Below are positions 57,057 through 64,000 of a stretch of DNA of 64,000 nucleotides, piece by piece. Positions within the stretch are counted from its first letter, which is position 1, and each line of letters begins with the position of its first letter. Made by a program: the position numbers and the translations under genes. Origin of the DNA: Ruegeria sp. (GTDB taxonomy: Bacteria > Pseudomonadota > Alphaproteobacteria > Rhodobacterales > Rhodobacteraceae); NCBI GenBank assembly GCA_040829945.1, contig JBFOLN010000028.1:5195-69194 (forward strand), given 5' to 3'. The notes under the pieces were generated by a model that had not been told where the DNA came from, did not search any database, and was given only the letters and a program-made list of their open reading frames with translations.

Positions 57057-58376
57057 TCAAGGCTCACTCGGAATGCGGGGGTGCAGGTCATCAATGATGA
57101 TCGGGTGTGCGTGGGGTTTCGGCCCAGAAAGGTGCGGGTGATCCGGGGGAAGGTCAGGGTGGCTGTGAACCACTGCTTTTTCGTCCGTACGTGGCCATGC
57201 TTTGAGCACAAGAATGAGGCCCAGAGCTGCTGCTGCCGACATTCCGACCATGGCCGCTGTGGCGCCATAGCGGGTCATCAGCCAGCCGGCCAGAGGGTAG
57301 AGCACCAGCCAGCAGGCATGAGACAGGGTGAACTGTGCGGCAAAAACGGCAGGTCGATCTTCGGCATGAGCGGATCGGGTCAGCAGGCGGCCGGAAGGCG
57401 TTAGTGTGCTTGAGTATCCGAAGCCAACCAGCAACCAGATCGTGGTCAGCAGGCCAAGTGTTATCGGTACGGTGGCGGAAAGAATCGCGGCCATTGCCAT
57501 GGAGCCGGTTGCCAGCGACGCACCGGCAAACATGACGCGACGGTCCGGGATTTGGTCCAGAAGGCGCGGCAGAGCGAAGGCCGCCAGCATCGAACCGCCG
57601 CCAAATCCGGCCAGAGCAATGGCTACGGCGCTCTCGGACAGATCAAGGTCGCCGCGCACAATTACGACCGTGTTGACGATCACCATCGAACTGAGCGCTG
57701 CGGCGCTCCAGCTCAGTGCCAGCAGGCCCCGCAAGCGAGGGGTCTTTAGATATATTCTGATACCGCGGGTGGTGCGGTCGTAGATACCGCGCGGTTCGGC
57801 TGGTCTGGGTGAGGGCAGCGTAGCGGACACCACAAGCAATGCCGAGGCGACAAAGCCGATACCGGTGCCCAGAAACAGGCTGTTGAAACTGACAAACAGC
57901 AGCAAGGCGGCTGCCAACATAGGACTCAGCAGACTTTCCAGATCATATGCCAGCCGCGATAGCGAAAGGGCTTTGGTATAATCTTGCTCGTTGGTCAGAA
58001 CGTCCGGGATGGTAGCCTGAAACGCTGGTGTAAACCCGGCGGAGGCTGATTGCAGGACGAAGATCAGCACATAGACCTGCCAGATTTCGCTAACGAAGGG
58101 CAGACAGAGCGCCACGAGCGCACGCACCAGATCCAACACCACCAGCATTTTGCGCCGGTCCAGACGTTCTGCGAAGGCGGCTGCAAGTGGGGCGACAGTG
58201 ACATAGGCGACCATCTTGATGGTTAGAGCAGTACCCAACACCAATCCGGCTGACGCTCCGGCCAGATCAAAGGCCAGAAGCCCTAGTGCGACGGTCGCCA
58301 GCCCGGTTCCGGTCAATGCGACGATCTGTGCGGCAAGCAGATGTCGATAGGTACGGTTTGTCAGGACACTAAGCAT
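57057..58376 (-). CDS. MFS efflux transporter, NreB-like (nickel/cobalt)
   Basis: 12-TM MFS; FAAQF.LSHACW; His-rich C-tail HSHPDLPPDHPH...HAHPIIIDDLHP. Confidence 0.85.
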   Translation of the reverse strand: MLSVLTNRTYRHLLAAQIVALTGTGLATVALGLLAFDLAGASAGLVLGTALTIKMVAYVTVAPLAAAFAERLDRRKMLVVLDLVRALVALCLPFVSEIWQVYVLIFVLQSASAGFTPAFQATIPDVLTNEQDYTKALSLSRLAYDLESLLSPMLAAALLLFVSFNSLFLGTGIGFVASALLVVSATLPSPRPAEPRGIYDRTTRGIRIYLKTPRLRGLLALSWSAAALSSMVIVNTVVIVRGDLDLSESAVAIALAGFGGGSMLAAFALPRLLDQIPDRRVMFAGASLATGSMAMAAILSATVPITLGLLTTIWLLVGFGYSSTLTPSGRLLTRSAHAEDRPAVFAAQFTLSHACWLVLYPLAGWLMTRYGATAAMVGMSAAAALGLILVLKAWPRTDEKAVVHSHPDLPPDHPHLSGPKPHAHPIIIDDLHPRIPSEP

Positions 58377-58379
58377 CAG

Positions 58380-58637
58380 TCAGAGGTACTTGGTTATGGT
58401 TTTGAAATCTTCGATGTCACCCCCATCAGAATCGCTGGACAGGCAATGGTCGACATGGTCGTGAATCAGCGCACGTTTGGCATTAGCGAGCGCCTTCTCC
58501 ACCGCAAAAAGTTGTTGCGCGATATCTGTGCAGGGCGCCTGATCCTCAAGCATGGCAATCACTTTGGCCAGATGTCCGTGCGCGCGTTTCAGGCGTGCTG
58601 TGATTTGTGGGTGCGATTTGTGGGAGTGAGTCGTCAT
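58380..58637 (-). CDS. CsoR/RcnR-family metal-sensing repressor (NreA-like)
   Basis: H.SH...RLKRA.GHL, C.DIAQQL.AVE.A, IHDH.DHC. Confidence 0.88.
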   Translation of the reverse strand: MTTHSHKSHPQITARLKRAHGHLAKVIAMLEDQAPCTDIAQQLFAVEKALANAKRALIHDHVDHCLSSDSDGGDIEDFKTITKYL

Positions 58638-58642
58638 CAGGT

Positions 58643-58673
58643 ATCCTAATCCCCCCCATGGGGATAAAGTCAA
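58643..58673 (-). promoter_or_regulatory. Promoter with G/C-tract operator for the metal repressor
   Basis: ATCCCC-CCCAT-GGGGAT IR (58649-58665) between minus-strand TTGACT and TAGGAT. Confidence 0.65.
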
Positions 58674-58769
58674 GATAGAGGCTGACTGAAACCGCCCCTG
58701 GACCGATGACGTTGAGTTTGGCTGCGAAACCTCCTATCTCGGGGTCGAGACCGCACAAAGGAAGTCCAC

Positions 58770-59384
58770 GTGGCGAATTACTTATATAAGAACGACCTGC
58801 CCGATGGGTTGGATATGGGCCCGGTCGTGGCCATCGATTGCGAAACCATGGGGCTGAATCCGCATCGGGACCGGTTGTGTGTTATTCAGATGTCCGGTGG
58901 AGATGGAGATGGCCATATCGTTCAGGTGGAAAAAGGCCAATCGTCGGCGCCGAACCTCTGCGCGATGTTGGAAGATCCTAACGTATTGAAGTTGTTTCAC
59001 TTTGGTCGTTTCGATATCGCGGCGATGTATCACGCATTTGGTGCGCTGGCCGCACCGGTTTACTGCACGAAGATCGCTAGCCGACTGGTGCGCACCTATA
59101 CCGACCGTCACGGCCTGAAAAACCTGTGTCAGGAACTGATCGGCGTTGATATCTCGAAACAGCAACAGATGAGCGATTGGGGCGCTGAAACCCTGACTGA
59201 CGCTCAGCTGGACTACGCCGCTTCAGACGTGTTGTATCTGCATCAATTGCGTGACGCACTGGACGGGCGGCTGGCCCGTGAAGATCGGACCGAGATGGCC
59301 CAGGCCTGTTTTGATTTCTTGCCCATGCGTGCGAAGCTTGACCTCGCAGGTTGGCCCGAAACGGATATCTTTGCGCACTCATGA
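58770..59384 (+). CDS. rnd: Ribonuclease D (3'-5' DEDDy exonuclease)
   Basis: AIDCET, FH..RFD, CTKIAS.L, SDW, YAASDV. Confidence 0.88.
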   Translation: MANYLYKNDLPDGLDMGPVVAIDCETMGLNPHRDRLCVIQMSGGDGDGHIVQVEKGQSSAPNLCAMLEDPNVLKLFHFGRFDIAAMYHAFGALAAPVYCTKIASRLVRTYTDRHGLKNLCQELIGVDISKQQQMSDWGAETLTDAQLDYAASDVLYLHQLRDALDGRLAREDRTEMAQACFDFLPMRAKLDLAGWPETDIFAHS

Positions 59385-60343
59385 CCGATACCGAAGCATT
59401 TCTGAGAACCGCGCGTCAGGTTGTAACTGACGAAGCTCGTGCGCTGGACGTTCTGGCCGAAGGGTTGGATGAACACTTTGCCGAGGCTGTGCAACTGATC
59501 CTGCAGGCGACGGGCCGCATCATCATCAGTGGCATCGGCAAATCCGGCCATATCGGCCACAAGATCGCGGCGACGCTGGCCAGCACCGGCACCCCCGCGT
59601 ATTTCGTCCACCCTGCCGAGGCCAGTCATGGCGATCTGGGCATGGTTTCGAAAGGTGATGTGGTTCTTGCCATCTCGAATTCTGGTGAAGCGCCTGAACT
59701 GGCCAACCTGCTGGCCTTCACCCGTCGCTTCAGCATTCCGCTGATCGGGTTGTCCAGCAAGCCCGAAAGCACGCTGATGAAGCAGGCCGACGTACATCTG
59801 CTAATCCCTTCGCTGGGAGAGGCCTGCGGTTTTGGCATGGTTCCCTCGATCTCGACCACGCTGACGCTGGCGATGGGCGATGCGCTGGCGATTGCGTTGA
59901 TGAAGTATCGAGACTTCAAACCCGAGGATTTCCGCGCCTACCATCCTGGCGGTAAACTGGGGGCGCAACTATCCACCGTGCGGGACTTAATGCATAACGA
60001 TTCGCCCTTGGTGGATACGGGAACTCCAATGGGTGAGGCGCTTTTGGTCATGAGCCAGAAGAGCTTTGGTGTTGTTGGCGTTACGGATAAGGACGGCCGT
60101 TTGCTGGGTATCGTCACGGATGGCGATTTGCGTCGGAATATGGACGGGTTGTTGGATAAAAACACCGAAGAGGTGATGACTGAAAACCCTCTGACCATCG
60201 CACCAAACGCAATGGCAGAAGAGGCGGTTGCAATTATGAACGATCGTAAGATCACCTCGCTCTTTGTGGTGGATCCCGATTCAAAGGGCCAGCCCCTCGG
60301 CCTGTTGCATATTCATGACTGCCTGCGCGTGGGATTGGGTTAA
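59381..60343 (+). CDS. kdsD: Arabinose-5-phosphate isomerase (KpsF/GutQ)
   Basis: GIGKSGH, STGTP, EASHGDLG, HPGGKLG, CBS pair. Confidence 0.93.
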   Translation: MTDTEAFLRTARQVVTDEARALDVLAEGLDEHFAEAVQLILQATGRIIISGIGKSGHIGHKIAATLASTGTPAYFVHPAEASHGDLGMVSKGDVVLAISNSGEAPELANLLAFTRRFSIPLIGLSSKPESTLMKQADVHLLIPSLGEACGFGMVPSISTTLTLAMGDALAIALMKYRDFKPEDFRAYHPGGKLGAQLSTVRDLMHNDSPLVDTGTPMGEALLVMSQKSFGVVGVTDKDGRLLGIVTDGDLRRNMDGLLDKNTEEVMTENPLTIAPNAMAEEAVAIMNDRKITSLFVVDPDSKGQPLGLLHIHDCLRVGLG

Positions 60344-60347
60344 GGAG

Positions 60348-60956
60348 ATGGCAGAGGTGGATCGTCATTCCCGGTGGGTGCAGTTCCTGAAGGTGCTGCT
60401 GCCTTTGGTGGCGATTTTACTACTATCTTCTGTTTTTCTTCTTTCACGCAGTATCGACACCAATGTCTCGGTCCCGTTCAGTGATCAGGATATTGACGAC
60501 CGGCTGACCGATCAGGTTGTCACACGCCCCGACTACAAAGGGGTAACGCGCAAGGGTGAAGAAATTCGCGTCGAAGCCCGCCGAGCCAGTCAGGTTGGCG
60601 AGGGCAATACGCCGACGGCAGCCGAAGTTCAGGGCCGCTTTGGCTTGAGCAATGGTGGAGAGATCACACTTGAATCCAACACGGGCATGATCCGGCCGGA
60701 CAAGGGCACCGCGACTTTTGTCGGAGATGTAGTCATCACGACCAGAGACGGTATCCAGGTGACAACCGACCTGCTGAATACATCTCTGGATGAAATTCGT
60801 GGTGACAGCCCCGGCCAGATTAACGGAACGGGCCCGATTGGAGATTTCACCGCCGGACGGATGATATTTGGAACGGAAAAAAAGGACGGTCCTGTCCATA
60901 TTCTTTTTACAGGCGGCGTGAAGCTGATATATGAGCCGCAAAAAGCAGAAAGATAA
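60348..60956 (+). CDS. lptC: LPS export periplasmic protein
   Basis: Single N-terminal TM + beta-jellyroll; synteny kdsD-lptC-lptA-lptB. Confidence 0.8.
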   Translation: MAEVDRHSRWVQFLKVLLPLVAILLLSSVFLLSRSIDTNVSVPFSDQDIDDRLTDQVVTRPDYKGVTRKGEEIRVEARRASQVGEGNTPTAAEVQGRFGLSNGGEITLESNTGMIRPDKGTATFVGDVVITTRDGIQVTTDLLNTSLDEIRGDSPGQINGTGPIGDFTAGRMIFGTEKKDGPVHILFTGGVKLIYEPQKAER

Positions 60957-60959
60957 CTT

Positions 60960-61451
60960 GTGTTCGATTTACGTGTCGCCTTTTTGTGTCTTGCCGTGGC
61001 CGTCAGAGCCGCACCTGTTTCTGCGCAGGAGGCCCAGGTGGCGTTTGGCTCGGTCAATGCCGATCCATCCCTGCCGGTTGAGGTGACGTCTGAAACACTG
61101 AACGTGAATCAGGAAGACGGATCGGCCGAATTTATTGGCAACGTCATTGTCATTCAGGGTGAGATGCGTCTGACAGCGGACCGGGTTCTTGTCATCTATA
61201 ACGAGGAACGCTCGGCCATCGAACGGATGGAGGCCACCGAAAACGTGGTTCTGGTCAGCCCGCCCGATGCAGCCGAAGGCGATTGGGCCGAATACACCAT
61301 CGATTCCGGCGTGATCGAGATGAAGGGTAATGTGTTGCTGACGCAGGGCCCCAGCATCATCAGCGGTGACGAGATGATTGCAAATCTGACCTCGGGAACC
61401 GCGACGATGTCTGGGCGCGTCAAAACCATCCTGCAACAAGGTGGCAACTGA
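60960..61451 (+). CDS. lptA: LPS transport periplasmic protein
   Basis: OstA-like PVEV.S..L, F.GNV...QG, GNVLL.QG, GRVK. Confidence 0.9.
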   Translation: MFDLRVAFLCLAVAVRAAPVSAQEAQVAFGSVNADPSLPVEVTSETLNVNQEDGSAEFIGNVIVIQGEMRLTADRVLVIYNEERSAIERMEATENVVLVSPPDAAEGDWAEYTIDSGVIEMKGNVLLTQGPSIISGDEMIANLTSGTATMSGRVKTILQQGGN

Positions 61452-62209
61452 TGAACCGGCCCGAACTCTCCATCGCTGAAGGCTCGTCCGGTCTGAAGAT
61501 CGAAAAGCTGCGGAAGTCTTATCGCAAGAAGACTGTCATCCGTGATGTGTCCATGGAACTGAACCGGTCCGAGGTTGTGGCGTTGCTGGGACCGAACGGA
61601 TCGGGCAAGACAACCACTTTCTATTCCGTTGCGGGGCTGGTTTTCCCCGAAGCGGGCACCGTCACGATTGATGGGCAGAGCGTCACGACCCTGCCGATGT
61701 ATCGCCGTGCCCGGATGGGAATCGGTTATCTGCCGCAGGAAATGTCGATTTTCCGCGGGATGAGCGTTGAGGACAACATCGCCTCGGTTCTGGATATCAC
61801 GGTTAAACATGCCCATCGCCGCAAGGAGCGGCTGGAAGAGTTGCTGTCGGATTTTTCCATCGAACACCTGCGCCGAGCGCCTGCACTGGCCCTGTCCGGT
61901 GGGGAACGCCGAAGGGTCGAGATCGCGCGCTGCCTGGCCGCCGATCCGAAATACCTGTTGCTCGACGAGCCATTCGCGGGGGTTGATCCGATCAGCGTGG
62001 GCGATATCCGGCATCTTGTTGCCGATCTGAAAAAACGAGGCATCGGAGTTCTGATCACAGACCACAACGTACGGGAAACGCTGGAAATTGTGGATCGGGC
62101 CTATATACTGCATGATGGTCAGGTTCTGATGTCCGGGACCCCCGACGAAGTGGTCGAAAACGAAAACGTGCGTCGCGTTTATCTGGGCGAAAATTTCCGT
62201 ATTTCATAG
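61451..62209 (+). CDS. lptB: LPS export ABC ATPase
   Basis: GPNGSGKTT, YLPQE, LSGGERRRVEIAR, DEPFAGVDP, TDHNVRETL. Confidence 0.97.
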   Translation: MNRPELSIAEGSSGLKIEKLRKSYRKKTVIRDVSMELNRSEVVALLGPNGSGKTTTFYSVAGLVFPEAGTVTIDGQSVTTLPMYRRARMGIGYLPQEMSIFRGMSVEDNIASVLDITVKHAHRRKERLEELLSDFSIEHLRRAPALALSGGERRRVEIARCLAADPKYLLLDEPFAGVDPISVGDIRHLVADLKKRGIGVLITDHNVRETLEIVDRAYILHDGQVLMSGTPDEVVENENVRRVYLGENFRIS

Positions 62210-62461
62210 GCTTGTAGGGTAATGCGCCCGATGCATGGCGGAAATCGCGTATATACACACCTGTTTTGATTGACTCTCCCGCCGTCTCTTGCCTCAATTG
62301 GGGCATGGCAATTCTTCGGTTCCAGTCTGGATCTCGATGTCCCTTCTTCGAAGGGCTGGGTAAGCAGCAACCGCAGAATATGTCGATATACCCCACCCGA
62401 TAAAAACAAGTCAGTCGCGTAACGCGGCGTCAGAATGGGTGTGAATTGTGAAGGAGATCAC

Positions 62462-63025
62462 ATGCGTTACCAAATCAGCGGAAAACAGATCGACATCGGT
62501 GCGGCCCTGCAGACCCATGTGCAGACCGAACTGGGCGAGGTCGTGGGCAAATATGCCCAGCGGCCAACAGACGCCAACGTCGTCTTTTCCCGTTCGGCGC
62601 ATGAATATGTATGCGAAACAACTGTACATCTGTCGACCGGCCTGACCGCTCAAGCCAAGGCCCACGCTACCGAAATCTATGCGGCGTTCGAAGGCTGCTG
62701 CGACAAGATGGAGACTCAACTTCGCCGCTACAAGCGTCGTCTGAAGGACCACCATAAGGATCGGGCCGAGCCGGTTGAACTCTTTGGAGCGTCCTCGTAT
62801 ATCCTCGCTTCTGATGAATCGGAGACGGCAGACGAACCCGAATCGCTGCAACCAATGATTGTGGCTGAGATGGAAACCAAGATCCCATCGCTGAGTGTTG
62901 GCGAAGCCGTAATGCAGATGGAACTCGCCGGAGCGCCAGTGTTGGTATTCCGGAATGAGAACAAGGACGGATTGAACGTCGTATATCGCCGTGAGGACGG
63001 TAATATCGGCTGGATCGATCCGTAA
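62462..63025 (+). CDS. hpf: Ribosome hibernation promoting factor (long HPF/RaiA)
   Basis: I.GK.IDIG.AL, QLRRYK.RLK, C-terminal NVVYRR.DGNIGWIDP. Confidence 0.92.
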   Translation: MRYQISGKQIDIGAALQTHVQTELGEVVGKYAQRPTDANVVFSRSAHEYVCETTVHLSTGLTAQAKAHATEIYAAFEGCCDKMETQLRRYKRRLKDHHKDRAEPVELFGASSYILASDESETADEPESLQPMIVAEMETKIPSLSVGEAVMQMELAGAPVLVFRNENKDGLNVVYRREDGNIGWIDP

Positions 63026-63080
63026 CAGGCAAGGATAAGTGGCCTGCTCCCGGACTACGGGAGCACGGCTTAGGAGCAAA

Positions 63081-63548
63081 ATGATGGAGCTTTCGAGCAT
63101 TCTGAAGCCCGAAGCGGTGCGTGTGCTTTCAGCCGCGTCCAGCAAAAAGCGATTGTTTCAGGAAATTGGCGACGTTGGCGCCGCAACGCTTGGGCTGGAT
63201 GCGCAAGCGATTGTTGATAGCCTGCTCGAGCGGGAAAGCCTTGGCCCAACTGGCGTTGGCCATGGTGTCGCACTGCCGCACGCTCGGCTTTCGGAATTGG
63301 AATCGGTTTCGGGCGTGTTTGTCATGCTGGAAAAGCCCATCGATTTTGGTTCGGTTGATCGTCAGCCCGTAGATCTGGCATTTTCGCTGTTTGCACCGGA
63401 AGAAGCGGGGGTTGAACATCTCAAAGCGCTAGCACTGGTGTCTCGCACGTTGCGAGAGCAATCGGTCTGCGCAAAGCTGCGGGCCAACCCTGATCCAGTA
63501 AAGCTTTATGCAATCTTGACCGAAGCCCAATCAATGCAAGCGGCCTGA
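63081..63548 (+). CDS. ptsN: PTS EIIA-Ntr
   Basis: RE.LG.TGVG.GVALPH, D.QPVDL, HLKALA. Confidence 0.92.
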   Translation: MMELSSILKPEAVRVLSAASSKKRLFQEIGDVGAATLGLDAQAIVDSLLERESLGPTGVGHGVALPHARLSELESVSGVFVMLEKPIDFGSVDRQPVDLAFSLFAPEEAGVEHLKALALVSRTLREQSVCAKLRANPDPVKLYAILTEAQSMQAA

Positions 63549-63564
63549 AATTCCATAGCTCAAT

Positions 63565-63596
63565 AAAAAAGCCCCCGATCTTCGGGGGCTTTTTTT
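63565..63596. terminator. Bidirectional intrinsic terminator
   Basis: AAAAAAGCCCCCG-ATCTT-CGGGGGCTTTTTTT. Confidence 0.9.
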
Positions 63597-63615
63597 GTTT
63601 CGGTCGCGAGATTGA

Positions 63616-63999
63616 TCAGCCGCCAGTTCCCATTTCCAGCGTCCACCAGATTTTTCCACCGCCTTCCTGATGCCAGGCAAAACCCATCTGGGTGGCCTTT
63701 GGATCCATAATCACCGCACGTGGACCGGGTTCCTGCATCCATGCGGCCAGTGTTTCTGTCTCGGTTTCATAGGTTTCCGAGATCGCTTCGCCCAGGAAGG
63801 TTCCGAAATAACCAACCCGCGCTGCGCGATCCAACGGCGATGATCCGTCTGAGCCGAAGTGCCAGGGCCGATTCTGTCGAGCCATGTCTTTCGAGTGAGT
63901 CGCGGCAGCCGCGTTCAGTTGCGAATTTAACTGCACCTGCTGCAGACCAGAGGCCTGTCGCAGTGCATTGACCGAATCCAGCATTCTGAACTGCAGTTT
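63616..63999 (-). CDS. CAP (SCP) domain protein, 5'-truncated by window
   Basis: N.LR...GL......L..AA..HS.DM, H.GSDGS, GE.I, WM; frame open to the window end. Confidence 0.85.
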   Translation of the reverse strand, partial: KLQFRMLDSVNALRQASGLQQVQLNSQLNAAAATHSKDMARQNRPWHFGSDGSSPLDRAARVGYFGTFLGEAISETYETETETLAAWMQEPGPRAVIMDPKATQMGFAWHQEGGGKIWWTLEMGTGG

Positions 64000-64000
64000 T

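Noticed and set aside
61196-63145. 305-aa and 244-aa minus-strand ORFs
   Set aside because: Antisense shadows of lptB and hpf.

Overview
64-kb chromosomal segment from a GC-rich alphaproteobacterium. Gene content and style point to the Roseobacter group (Ruegeria-like); this is inference. It is mostly housekeeping: ilvD, sseA-tyrB, glnK-amtB, PBP1A, a dispersed leuC/leuD/leuB cluster, mscS, rsfS-rlmH, glcDEF, two tandem trypsin-like proteases, ibpA with an RpoH promoter and ROSE-like thermometer, a Pho-box-linked phosphatase, a 17-kb CtrA-type flagellar block, an NreA/NreB-like metal-efflux pair, and rnd-kdsD-lptCAB-hpf-ptsN. The most interesting part is an uncharacterised 8-gene operon at 31.9-39.6 kb. 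Its core is a TelA-like coiled-coil protein, an unknown protein, a classical-clade AAA+ ATPase with a DD Walker B, a DUF6638-like protein, a small 2-TM protein and a DUF1523-like protein. The junctions between core genes hold AT-rich, translationally coupled cargo, including a membrane-anchored putative abortive-infection (putAbiC-like) gene, plus a GTAG-type REP doublet. No rRNA, tRNA, CRISPR array or transposase was recognised. All family assignments are from motif recognition by eye; no database search was run.
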